From Penicillus capitatus (lineage: Eukaryota > Plantae > Chlorophyta), in assembly GCA_965649825.1 (NCBI GenBank), contig OZ287696.1:2109724-2173723 (forward strand): DNA of 64,000 nucleotides. Reading direction: 5' to 3'. Shown here piece by piece: positions 26,019-37,856 of the stretch. A program made the position numbers and the translations under genes. The notes under the pieces are model-generated. The model was not told the origin of the DNA, made no database searches, and saw only the letters and a program-made list of their open reading frames with translations. Every line of letters begins with the position of its first letter. Position 1 is the first letter of the stretch.

Positions 26019-27900
26019 GTGTTGAGTCCGCGAAAATCTAGCACCACTCGCCGCTCGAGCGAGTTTTCTTCGGAACAGAAAACCAAGGGATGATGTGCTT
26101 CGGTTTTCCGTGAAATCGGCTGACGACTCCGGCGTCGATGAGTGCGTCGATCTCGTTTCTGCATGCCGTCGTTTCAGCAGCGAACGTATAGGGAACTTTC
26201 GTAAAGACCGAATGTAGTTGCCCTTGTACTTCGCGGATGCCGACCTCCCATCCCGAAAAACGTCCAATTTTTTTACAAAGTACGTTTGGGAATCGGGCCA
26301 GCAGCTGTTCGAGACTGCAGCAGCCAATTTTAGGCTTCTGCGACAGTATGCCTGACTGCAAGCCTACTGCCGCTTGGGAAAAGATCGCCGGTTGCATCTT
26401 AACGGATGTTGCTTTCCGTTGCAATCGCACGCGGTATAGTTAATGCCTTGTCTTGCAGGCACTTCGAAGATCGTCGTTCTTCCAGTTATCTTCACTGGTT
26501 CCGCAGCATGGTTGGTGAGCGTCAGCGTTGAGAACGTGTGGTACTGCACACCGAGGTGTACCGAGAATCGTGGGGCCATAGTGGGAACCCTCTTGTACAC
26601 GAGTGCGCCTGGGAGCACGATCGGCGTCTTGAGCATCTTGCTCTCTCGTGGTCCGAGCACGATTGACCGGTTCAACGGCACTTGCAGCCGTTCTTCGGTG
26701 ATTCTCGGTAGGTGTTCGACTTTTTCGGTGAAGCGGCATATCTCTTCATGCGCGATCTCATTGGCCGCACTCTTGTCGGCCTTTGGTCCTGCGAAAAGGC
26801 ATTGACCTGTCGTCCTCCTGTGCTGATGGACCTGTCGTGGGGGTGGGCGGAGATCTTACTGTCGATCATCGCGTCCATGCCCAATAGCAGATCATAGCCA
26901 GGCCTCGGTAGTACGAGGCAACTCATGGAGAAACGCTGATCGGAGGATTGCGCCAGAGTTACTTGGAAGTCGCATCTTCCGGTGACCTTCGCGGTCTCTC
27001 CATGGGCCAACAGCAGACGAGTCTCGTCTGGCCTAATCTATACTCCCAGTTCCTTCGCTAGTGCCAGGGATACAATGGACGACTCGGCGCCAAAATCAAC
27101 TAAAGCGTTAATATGGCGTGGATATGCCAAATGACTCGGGGATACGAGACCGAGTTTCAAGACTCTCCTGGGCTTGGTCACCGCTCTGGCGGTGTGTGCG
27201 AGCTGCACATCCTGTTCCGTTAGGTCTTCTCCTGTCTCGCTAAGGGTTTCGCAGACGTGTGCTTCGTTTCCTTTCGGCGGAGCATTTTCTGCCGCGAAGG
27301 CACGACGCCCATTCCATTTCTTCGACTGGCTTCCTGGTCTTCGTGGCCCTGTCGATGCATTGCTCGAATTGTCGATCTTCTGTAAGAACTTCAGCATGTT
27401 GAGCGCCTCTTGTCTGGAGGTTCTGCAGATTCCCTGGCTCCGATCATGACTCTTCCAGCGTTAGTGATCGCTGAAAAGTTGATCGAGCCGTCGTTGCCGA
27501 TCACTCTTCCGTCGGTGGCAACGTTGACCAGTGGCGTCGTCGCCACATCGGGGTCAATGGCATCATGATCTGCGTCCGTTCGCGTCAACATGCTCGACTC
27601 CCAGAAGCTAGCATTCTTGAGGACAGTGGTCATGTCTTCAGTTTTGAGGCGCAAAACCTCGTCGGCGAAGATAGTACGAACTATGGCCGCGGGTCCGGCA
27701 AAGGCCTCATTGAATGCTGCCTGCGATCGAAAGTGCGGTCCGACTCGCTCGAGAACTCGCTATATCAGATCGAAGGCAGGCGATCTGGGCTCCACTCTTT
27801 TGAAGCACGTACTTGATCCGAGGGCGGTAATCGTCCTCGACGAAGGCTGCCGAGTTGAGAAGGGACGTGAACTCCTCACAGTCCATCTTCGAAAGTCGCC

Positions 27901-27912
27901 GCTCCGAAACCA
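27901..27912 (-). promoter_or_regulatory. Primer-binding site of the Gypsy element (tRNA-iMet-like)
   Basis: Minus strand TGGTTTCGGAGC matches the iMet PBS TGGTATCAGAGC at 10/12. It lies 1 nt after a CA LTR end (27914) and just upstream of the gag ATG at 27886. Confidence 0.65.
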
Positions 27913-28340
27913 ATGGACATGGGCAAGTACGTGACGGTGGTAGACGCAACAAAGTTCTTACAAAGATGATTAATGTTGACAATAATCCTCCTTTTATAAT
28001 GCAGGGCTTTGATGTGACGTTGGCCATTTATAGCTGTTGGCCATCAGTGCCTCTTACGATGATGAGGCATTTATTGGACCATCATCCTTCAGCTCTTCAT
28101 CATCATGACAGTACCACAGCGAAGCGAACAGCTATCCCTTGACAGCTGTGTCGCCAAGATTTTCATTGGCGATGTGACTGTCACGTTGCAGAAGGGGCAC
28201 ATTTATTGTGGGACGCTTGTTGTCACGTCAAAGGGGTTTTCTGTGATGTGAAAGGGTCTGTTTCTCTGGCTCTGCATGCGAGTTGAGTCAACTGCCTAGA
28301 AAGTCGTGTCACCGCACGCATACTTAATGAACACTCCGGA

Positions 28341-28412
28341 CCATTCGAAAACCTTGCTCTGTAAACTGTAAGTCTTCCGCTGTTGTATCTTCTTCGCTCG
28401 GCCGACCGGCGA
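28341..28412 (+). repeat. Isolated copy of the orphan family's 5' flank, without an ORF
   Basis: ATTCGAA..ACCTTGCTCTG..AAG.CTTCC.CTGT..TCTTC.TCGC.CGGCC.GACCGGC resembles 37749-37832 and, in part, 22063-22092. Confidence 0.7.
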
Positions 28413-28893
28413 CAAGCTGAACAATACCATACAAGAACATTTTAGATCTACACATCTTTATCTTTCGTCGTGTAAGACTTTACGTTTCAAAAGTGTACGC
28501 TCTCATACGATTCTAATCAATTCCATCAAACTACCTACGCGACACCGGCCGTGTGCCCCTTGACGCGCCCGACCTCAGCCGAACGAGACAGTCCGATTAC
28601 CATGGCCATCTTGGCGACAGTGCCGCCGAATGCAAATCGACCGTCGAAGTTATTTCACTAATTGATAAAAAGTTGACGACTCGGTATTCTTCGGAAGGCG
28701 GAGTTGAGCGTTTAGGAATAAAACATTCGATGTTCGCCAACTCGACATTAGTACAAACGGCGTCGATGCGTCTCAAGTCGGTAATATGTTTTATCGACGA
28801 ATCGTATAGGCCGCGAGAGTGACACCACGAGCTTCGAATTGCGATTTTGTAAAGGCGCACAACCAACCGCTCATGTTTATTGTAAACGCTCAA

Positions 28894-29396
28894 TCACACA
28901 TCACTTGGCACATTGGCACGATCAATAATGTGTGCAATAAAATGAATGTAGTCGCGAGCCCACCCCCTCCGATAGAGTCGGACGCCATGCTCATTCTCTT
29001 GGTCAATCTCGAACCTCATTCGTTTCGTGCGCAACGCGATCTCATGGCGGGAATCCAAATCGTTGCCCATGATGTAATTCTTCTCTACTAAGACATTCCA
29101 CAACGCATTGGCGTGATCCCCCACGTGCGAATGGCCCCTTGTCCGCTAACTCCATGTTGTCCAACAGGCGCCCGCAAATTCATTAACCGAAAAACCTCCA
29201 TGGTTTTGTAAAACAACCTCGATGATCCCTTAAAAGGTGGGCCGGCGTCCAAACCCATATAGCATCGCCGAGAATAAATCATAAGTTGCTTCTCCAACGC
29301 ATCAATAAAACTCATGTACCCGGGCACCCATACGAAACAGTCGTTCAACTCTTGCAGAATAATTGCAATTGCTGTGGCTGCTTCTACTGCTGCCCT
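28894..29396 (-). pseudogene. Orphan 164-aa family, copy 2 (diverged; ATG>AGG, -1 frameshift)
   Basis: RLFYKTMEVFRLM and IRTW(G)DHANALWNVLVEKNYI...YIHFIAHIIDRANV align with copy 3. One G is missing from the G-run at ~29118-29122. Confidence 0.8.
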
Positions 29397-29422
29397 TCTC
29401 GTGCGAAAATAAACCGTATCGC

Positions 29423-29525
29423 TGATATGGATAAGTACGTGACGATAGAGAACGCAACAAGGTTTCTTACAAAGACGTATAATGAATGCTACACGAACCC
29501 TCTTTTTGTAGGGATAGGGTGACGG
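29423..29525 (-). repeat. Diverged direct repeat of the Gypsy LTR 3' end (27914-28020)
   Basis: AAGTACGTGACG...ACGCAACAA.G.TTCTTACAAAGA...CCTC.TTTT.TA is shared with 27914-28020 in the same orientation. Confidence 0.65.
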
Positions 29526-30364
29526 GAAATCATACGACGGGCGCGCCGCGGTCAGCGCGAACGCGCAGCGTCGGACGGAAGAGACAGGGCCTGAGTGAAT
29601 GCAAACACTACAGGTTGAGGTATGACGTCAGCTTTATACCCTCGGTCCCCGCGGACTGTCGTCCCATCAGGAAGCGGACAGCGTGTCCGGTCCGCGGGGC
29701 CAGAACCGTAGACGCGTACCCGTCATAGGGTTTTGTGGACGTGTCCTGTCTTATCAACTGCTGTTTGACTAGAATGATGAAGTGACAAACACTCTGCGAG
29801 CGAAGGCACACTCAGAACTGAAATTAAAGGTACGATATCGATGCCGAAGTGCAGATCATCCTCAACGCCTCGACTCTCAACGCTGTCGGCGCATGCGGTC
29901 TGCAACTCTATCGTTTTGGAAAAGTGCGATGCAACGTCGTCTCACTTAAACGCCGAAAGGACTTCGTTTGATGCCCAGACCATCTCTATCCTCTTTTTCG
30001 CTCCTACCTGGACGCCAGAGAGCTTCTATGACAAAATTGCAGCGAACCGTTCTAGGGAAGTAAGTGCACAGTTTGTGCCTGTTGGACATGAAGACAAGAT
30101 TCCGTCTGAAGAGGCGCTTTACAAGAGAAAAAAGAGCTACGATCCTCCACGGTACATGAGCATCCAGACTGTCGTACCTTCCTTCGGATCGATACATTGA
30201 GCTTCCATACAACCGAGAAGAAAGACCGAGTCGTGAATTGCCATCCGGTTCAAGACTCATGATCATCACATTTCGACACGAATAAGAATGTGCATCGTCT
30301 CAGATCTGTTCAGCGAAAAGGCAACAGAACGGTTCAGCTGCCAAGTTCTGCATCCTCGGCAACT

Positions 30365-31690
30365 TACAGACACTGATATCCTTCTTCGACAGTTTTAGTC
30401 TCCGAAGAACTTGACGTTATGATAACAGGACAGAGATAGCAATAATGGCTGTCCCTGGACCAGTAAGCCATGAAATAGTTTCGGAAAAGAAAAAGACTCC
30501 GATTATTGCTGACATCAGCATGTTCATCATGAGCAGTGCAGATGTCTTTGCCGGCATGCCAGTCTGCAATTCACGCGACAGGATCCATTGAACGAAAGCA
30601 CCAGCTGTGCAGAACGCTGCATAAGAGATGACGAGCAGTGGAGGATGTTGTGTATTCATCGGCCTCGGCATACCACGCTCCAAAAATGAAATCGCCAAGA
30701 TGAAACAGCAGATGCGCGTACGTTATCGGTACCGAGCTGTCCACACTCTCACCGATGTAGCTACACCAACAGAGTCCCTTCATTGATGTGGAGGGACACA
30801 AATGTTACCGTGCGAGGACTGAAACGCCTCTACGGCTATACTGCTCGCAGTGTGGGCAGAGATACCAATAAGACGTTCTGTGCACCATTCGACATTCCCT
30901 CCAAGAGAAAAGGCGGTTTTGCCCCCAAGGCATTGCCCATGACACCATCCGAAAAACCCTCCTCCGGCCACGAACGAACACTCAGCAGTTCAAAACCCAG
31001 TATTCATGAGAAGCCAGCTGTCGCAGCTGCGCAGCAAGCACACAGCAAAGGACGTCCAGTTCTCAACAGTGAGGAGAAACTAATGAACTGTTCGACAGAA
31101 AAGCGACGCCAGAATGGGGAAGCAAGAAGGTAGAGAGACAGAGGGAAGCATTCGACATGCTTCCAACAACGCCTCGAGTATTACAGAGCGAGATCTTTTC
31201 GTGAGGTTGAATCATCGATGCTTGTTTCCAGTGACATGTCGAGAGCATAACCATGCCGCCGACAAGCGCTCTTACTGTCATGGCTTGGAAGACCGAGACA
31301 TCATCTTCTGACAGCACTTCGTAGAAGCCCAACGAAAAAGCCAGAGGGACCGAGGCTGCAGTCGACGTCAAGCACACGTGGTCGTTCCAGCAAAACCTGC
31401 CCAGAATATGGATCTGACGGATCCCATTAGCCGATACGCAATTGGTACCTGGCGATTTGAATGAGATCCTCCTGCAAGAGGATATCCAATGCCCGTGATC
31501 GGGTGAAGGCGAACGGCTTGCAAGAGTGCGAGAAAGCTTCTCGGCATAGGAACACCCGGCCGTGTCGACAGGGGTCTGGGAAAATGCGTCCTCGCTCTTC
31601 GCGTACAGCGATTCGACTACTCGAGAAGGAAACTTCGTTGCCTTGGTCAGTGTGCTGACACCAGGAGGCGAGCGCTTTCCGAGGCAATGT
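30365..31690 (-). pseudogene. EamA/DMT (SLC35G-like) transporter pseudogene
   Basis: Fragments VFQAMTVRALVGG, RGVVGSMS, ALGAKPPFLLG and MSAIIGVFFFSETISWLTGPGTAIIAISV are spread over several frames, with apparent frameshifts near 31075 and 30420. Confidence 0.7.
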
Positions 31691-31889
31691 ACAACATGCA
31701 AAACGAGTCGGACAAGATTCGAAAATGGGAAGCGACTAGGCGGGAGTCGCCATTTGCCCGTCGCGATCGGGAACAAGGTCCCGTCTGTCGCGCCTCTCGT
31801 CGGACAAACGCCACAGACGAATGATTTTCTGAATGGGTTGAGAGATGTGCATTTAAGCTGGGCGACAAAAAGAGTAAACCCATCGAAGG

Positions 31890-33256
31890 AAGAGAATGCC
31901 GAATCGGCAGCATCTCTCTCTCCACTCGGCAAGGCGTCGCGAGTATCACTCTCTGGTCGCGATCCTGTGGATCGGCAAACAACGCCCACTCACCACACTG
32001 GTCGAGTTCGAAGTCGTCCGGCAAGTGATGGAGAACAGAGGCCGACAAGGGGCGCGATTCCGATGGACGATAGAACAGAATCGGAGAATGGATGGATGGT
32101 ACTTGCAAATGCGAGAAAGGTGGCCCTGACCATGTCTTCAAGAAATCGGAGACGGGATTGTCGAATGGTGTTAAGAGATCCTCTTCTTTTCCCCATAAGA
32201 CCAACATGGGACATTCGATTTGCCGCACCACATCCTGTGGACGCGGCCCTCCAGGACTTGAATTGGTTTCGGACAAGGTAGTGGGCATCAGGATAGGTGA
32301 TGACCTGCTAGGACGGAGACGAAGACATCGAGGGCTCCTTCGTCTTGGGAAGGGGATAAGAAGATCTTAACCAGTTCATCGTCCACCGCCTCTTTGTTGC
32401 GATAGATATTGGTAAGAACCGATCGAATGGTCTCTTCTGTTGCCAGACGATCGAAGAGGTATTGAGCAATGGGCCGAATCGAAAGCAAGAGATCAAAGAG
32501 CAAAAAGACCGGCAAGAACACACGAATCCTCCAGTCGTCTTTGAGGCCTTTATTGTTCATCGCACCGGCACAGTTGAGCAGCGCAATGCCTATGACTCGC
32601 TCCTGCATCTTGACGGTGGCCTAAGAAAAGCATTGAGGTGGTGAAAATGTGTGAGAGATAGAGGAAGGATGTCACCATGAGAGAGGCCAAACTGCCGATG
32701 GAGTTGCCGACGATGACGAAAGGTGCGTCGATCTATTCCGTTGCGAAATCGATGATCAGATCACGCCAGAGTTCCATACTGTACTAAACAGGCGCTTTCT
32801 CAGATCCTCCGAATCCAAGCAGATCCACAGCATAAACCTCCATCCACACCACTCCTTGTCAACAAGAGCCAGGTATGAAGCAGCGTGGACCCTGTACGGT
32901 GCAGGACTGTGCCAGGACGGGGATGTTTTGTCGGAAATGCAGGAGGGATGCGGCGAAGCCGTGTGCGAGGAGCACAGGGGGTCCCTCTCCAACGATCTAC
33001 ATTCCAGACGCACGTCTCATTCCAACCGCGTGCGTACGTGCATGCGTTCGATCAGACCAAGTAGTTAATGCTTTTATCCCGCCACGTCCAACTTCGCGTT
33101 TTCTTTTGCATCTCCGCCACGGTTTTTCGTCTCCATTTCGCAACGGCGACAGTTCAACCGACGTGCTTTCGTCGAATCTTGCTCGACAGACAATCGAATG
33201 CCTCCGGGGCGCGTCCCGTTGCTGATGGAGAAAGAGTGGCGTGACACGAGAGCCAT
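31890..33256 (-). pseudogene. Alpha/beta hydrolase pseudogene (plastid-type, pheophytinase-like family)
   Basis: GPPVLLAHGFAAS, VYAVDLLGFGGSEK, nucleophile elbow GNSIG, IALLNCAG and CPMLVLWG. In-frame TAG codons at 32784-32786 and 32733-32735. Confidence 0.8.
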
Positions 33257-33366
33257 CAACGCCGACACAGCGTCCGAGTGTTTGGCCGCTGCCGGCCGCG
33301 GAGATGATGTGCATAGTTTCTTGTGTTCGTACACTGACCGACAGCACACAAGTCGTGTCGAATCTG

Positions 33367-34212
33367 ATGGATGCCAAGTCTTCTCGCGAGGCTCAAAACG
33401 CCTCTAACACACGACGCGCGTCGCTCGTTGGCTGTAATTATCTTAGCACAAAAACAGCGTTGAAGGGATGCGTGGCGGACGTCGAGTATTGGCGCAGTGT
33501 ACTCACTCGCACTTTTGGCTTTGAAGACGGCAACGTGACGCGTATCGTCGACGAAGGGGACGATTCTGTAGGCCGGCCAACTGGCAGAAACATTAAACGG
33601 GAGCTGCGACGCATTGTCAAAGCCTCCCAGCCTGGAGATGTCGTTTTCTTTCATTTCAGCGGTTACGGCGCTCAAGTGTGCCTGCAGACGAAAACGGCGA
33701 TGACGAAGACGATGGTCTCGACGAGACGATCGTCCCAAGCGATCTCAATCTCATCACGGACGATGAGTTGCGAGGCATTGTATCAGATCTTCCATCAGGT
33801 CACAATGATTGTTGGATGGGATGCTTGATAGATGTGGCGATTTGCCAGGTGTCAAATTCACAATGGTCGCTGATTGCGGTCGGAGTGGTGGTCTTCTCGA
33901 CCATCGCCGTATCGCAGTTAAAGGCCGGACGACAGATAGCGAGGCTTCGGAGAACGGTCCTTAAGAAGATGCCGCCGAGATAAGAATCCTCCGCAGTGCA
34001 GCAGACAAACGAGATCGCTGCATCTCGCAAAAGACTTTCGCCGCCATGCGAGAAGAGAGCATCGATGCTCTGAATGCCGGTCTGTATCCGGACACTCAAC
34101 TGTTTCGAAATGATGGAGTGCTGTTGGTAGTCGCGGACGATGAAGACGACGTAGAATTTCGCTCCGACATTGACGATCCAGGTTTCGTAAATGATTATCG
34201 GGTCATCCTTTG
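33367..34212 (+). pseudogene. Type II-like metacaspase pseudogene
   Basis: RRASLVGCNY, LKGCVADV, PTGRNIKREL, GDVVFFHFSGYG, DETIVPSDLNLITDD and TMVADCGRSGGLLD. A 2-nt frameshift at ~33677 and TAA at 33962. Confidence 0.85.
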
Positions 34213-34669
34213 AAAAACGAGGACTTTGTGTGTTGTAGCTATTCTAGTATCACCATGTCAGTCGTACGAATCTGCGTACGAAGTTACAGGTGTGTTTGTG
34301 TGACATCTCACGCTTTGCATGAAGACAGACATGCATGCGTCATTGTAGACACGGAAGGACGGTCGTTTGGTGTGTTTACGCATTCTCTCGTACATATCAT
34401 TTCAAGTTATTCTGCTCAAGAACTGCACTCCCTGACGTATCGCGGTCTCATCATGAAGGTTCACGAAGTCACTCTTTTTATTCGCTTTTAGATCATACTT
34501 TTCTTCGTTTTAAGCGCGTCGATTACTCAAGCTTTCGTCGTTTGATCAAAGTCCTGGGCTGGAATGTACACCAAACAATGCCGGTCGACATCTGTTCATT
34601 GATTGATGGATAAAAGAGAGGTGCATGTATGGATATCATTAGTATGCGACCACAATGATGTCGTACGCT

Positions 34670-35053
34670 TTGCAATGCAAGTGACCCTTGCGGTAGTGAT
34701 CGGCTTGGTCCGGGGCTTCACCAATCCGTTAATCAAAACTGGCAGCGCTTGTCTTAAGGAAAAGCGATTGGCACAGCGCGCAACGGAACGAATCGCGTAG
34801 CAAAGCGTACGACTTCTACTAACGACGCCTTCTTTTCTCGTACCTCAAGTACTCAACGTGTGCGGCTCGGTGGCCTTTGCGGCATTGCTGACGGTTGGAG
34901 ACCTGAGTATCGTCGCACCGGTCGCAAACGCAGTCTCACCTCGCCGCGAACACCGTCGTAGATCTGTCACTCGGCGAGAGGTTTCGTCCGGGATATCTGC
35001 TAACGGGATTGAGCGGTGTGGCCATTGGAATTGCGTTGTGCTCATCGAGCTGA
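34670..35053 (+). pseudogene. TMEM234: TMEM234-like small membrane protein, frameshifted
   Basis: VIGLVRGFTNPLIKTGS (W>R in WGxTNP) and LNVCGSVAFAALLTVGDLSIVAPVANAVS. A +1 frameshift near 34939 precedes LAANTVVDLSLGE. Confidence 0.7.
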
Positions 35054-35121
35054 AGAAATGCGGGGGGATTTGAAGGAGGAGCTAGGAGGAATCCACAGCC
35101 TCACGCGCACAGGTCTTCCGT

Positions 35122-37437
35122 GTGATACAGAAATGTCAGTCCGTGGGGAAGATGCCACCGTCCATCTGTCATGAGGTTCTCGTTCGACTGATGGACGTCC
35201 TGAGAACCTACGCTGCTTCAAAATTGAAACTTGTTTCAGCAGAATGCGCATCGAGCGTCTTCAGAAGCGAAGCAGTGACGGAAAAGTGTCTAGGTGAGTT
35301 ACTCTTTTACACAAGATGATGTGACAGAAGAGTGATTTCGCAGAGACGCTGCTTCACCTGCTTAAAGAGAATGATATGACAAGTCTTGTACCAATGTATT
35401 GGACGCTGTTTCAGCATCTCCTCAATCTTATGTACTTGAAAAAGAGGCAGACGACAAACGAAGTGCGCGAGGTTGATGTGACCGCTAGATGCTGTACTCT
35501 TGGCATTGCAGATCAGGATTTTGACGTTGCAGTGTTTAGCAGTCTTGCTGCGAACGGTGATTGCGGAATAGAAGAGACTGAAGGAAGAAGCTCTTTACCA
35601 GACAAACTTGAACAACTGCCTTGCCTTTGCTGTTTACCAGTGCTTTGCCAAAATACACGAAGAACATCCTCGAGGCATCTCACTCTTTTCTCATTCATTT
35701 CTGAGCCAGATCACTCTTCCAGGAGACAAGGAGGTTGCAAAGGGAGCTTTTGCTGTGTTACGGTTGTTGCTGGATTTGTTCTCCGTCCGCGCTTTGTGGT
35801 TTGGAGTGCTGCCCGCTGCTGCAACAGAACTCTCAGCGTTGCTCAGTGCCGTAGGTAACAACTCTTTTATGGCGGTCTCGGCATGCGTGTGACCAGATGT
35901 CTGTCTCTTCAAGAAAGATGGTGCAGAGCAGAGAGGCAGTTCTGCCATGGTCTCGAACGACAGAGGATGCCATTCACCTCCTTTCACACCTCCTATGCTT
36001 TGTCCTGAACGACGAGCACGTTCGTCAATTGGTACCACCTCAGACAATGAAACCGTACGTTCCCTTGAAGAGCGACCTTTCCTTGTCATGCATAACATCC
36101 CATTGTGGTCTAGTAAATCGCCTCTGCTTCAACTGCAAGAAATGAGTGAGAGGGTGTGCCGAGATGGGAGTCACACAGAGAAGGACACGGATCTATTGCA
36201 AATGGAAGACATCAAGAAATCGTCAGCTGTTGAAGGTGACGCATGCAAAAGGGTTCACATTTTGGGGAAGGATCGTGGTGAGGGTAGGCTCATGGGAATG
36301 GTTTCAGTTTAGTAGCAAAAAGGTCGAGAAGCTGATTGAACAGTGTCTCGGCCCACTCGTGCATCATACTCATACAAATGTGGAATCGCTTTGGCCGAAG
36401 GTCTGTACGGTGCCAAACGATGGAGGAGGATTTTTGAGATCTTTTTCTTCGCAGGTGTCAGTCAGTTGATCCAAAGCTGCAAGATCTGTTTGCAATCGTG
36501 TGTGCAAGATCTCTTACGTGTCCTTCTGACACTTTCCCTCGATCCCTTTTCCAAAGTGAGCATCTCGCATCGTCACTCCATCGAAACTGAGCCGTCATTG
36601 ACTAAGGTGTCCAGTTCCTGTCAGTCTGCCATTGATTACGTGAAGGAGCAGCTGTCAGGAAAGCCCAAAGCTTGCGATTTCGCACTTGGCTTGGAGACTG
36701 CTATTGAATCGCTGGTCAAGGAGCAGATCACAGGTTTGGCGGATGCTATCAGAAGCTCAGAAGCAAACACGCAAACATCAGCGCACCTGCTGACCGTAGC
36801 ATACGTGTAGCAGGTTCTTTCTAATGATCCTCGACATCAGGTCACATAATTCTGCAGACAGCGATCGCTTTGCTTCGTGGGTCCTGGATGATATGCAGCT
36901 GCTTGAGCGTCTCTATCGTGCATGGATCGCGGCCTTTGCCTTTGACACCAGTGCCATGGATGCACTGTATCGCTGCACAGACGGAATCCGAAGTCTCAAA
37001 GTGTCAGATCGTGGCTCTCTGCTCTCCACTGGCATTCCAAAGATGCCACCTGCTCTGGCGTTTATGACCGAGCATCACACATACACAGCTCTGTCGCAGT
37101 GCATCAGGTCAGCGAGCAGCGCGATCGCCACAAACCGCATATCTGCTTCAGGTATCCCATTTGGTGCATTCAATGACCAACCACCCCAATGTCCACAAAG
37201 TTGGACGGCTACTGCACGACAGTGCCTCTCTCGACGAGATCTGCCAGTCCGGACGCCGTGAAGGCCGATGTGCTGAAGGGATTTGATTGTGTGCAGAACA
37301 TCGAGCTGGTAACTGGGGAGTTCACAGTCGAGCACAGACAGACGACGACATCCTCCCAGAAACTCAGGACACACGATCTCCAGGAGCGCTACAAAGAAAT
37401 CATCGACGCCCTTTACTGTGAATCGAACACGTGTTGA
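35122..37437 (+). pseudogene. Unidentified helical-repeat-like gene, apparently fragmented
   Basis: A series of protein-like plus-strand ORF pieces (35122-35319, 35608-35892, 35897-36469, 36343-36810, 36824-37261, 37189-37437) that switch frame. No family recognised. Confidence 0.35.
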
Positions 37438-37856
37438 AACAATGACAGACATCATTGAGAGGCATGTAACGACAACAGTTCCTGTTCTATTGGATGCAGC
37501 TCCCCTGTGAAAACGAGAATGGCGCGCCGAAATCGATGCTGCTGCGTTCAGACAGCGTTCCAAAGTGTCGCCAAGATTCCCCTGTCGAGGTGACTGTCTT
37601 GTTGATCAAGGGTCAGGTGTTCTCAGGGGCACTGGCTGTCTTGTCACATGGGCTCAATGGGGGCCAAAGGGCCGTTTTCTGTGGTGCTGGCAGCGAGCTG
37701 ACTCACCTGCGTAGGAAGTCGCGTCATCGCGCATGTATTTAATCGGCGATTCGAACCGTTCTAGACCTTGCTCTGAACAACTTTCAAAGCCTTCCACTGT
37801 GTTCTGTCTTCTCGCGGCCCCGACCGGCAAAACTTCTTTCGACAACCGAAGAAGAA

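Larger units (their letters stand above)
24672..28200 (-). mobile_element. Decayed Ty3/Gypsy LTR retrotransposon (5' LTR, PBS, gag, protease, RT, RNase H; no integrase or 3' LTR seen)
   Basis: Protease ALVDFGAESS and DLLLGMD; RT PWFSVPKK, VLDFRGLN, AFTRLPMG, FADD, KKCQY...ELLGH; RNase H LYVDAS, LTVFTD, VANVIADLLS. Many stops and frameshifts. The left end of the LTR in element orientation (~28200) is approximate. Confidence 0.92.

Noticed and set aside
26364-26681. dUTPase-like segment between protease and RT
   Set aside because: The spacing is reminiscent, but none of the five dUTPase motifs is recognisable.
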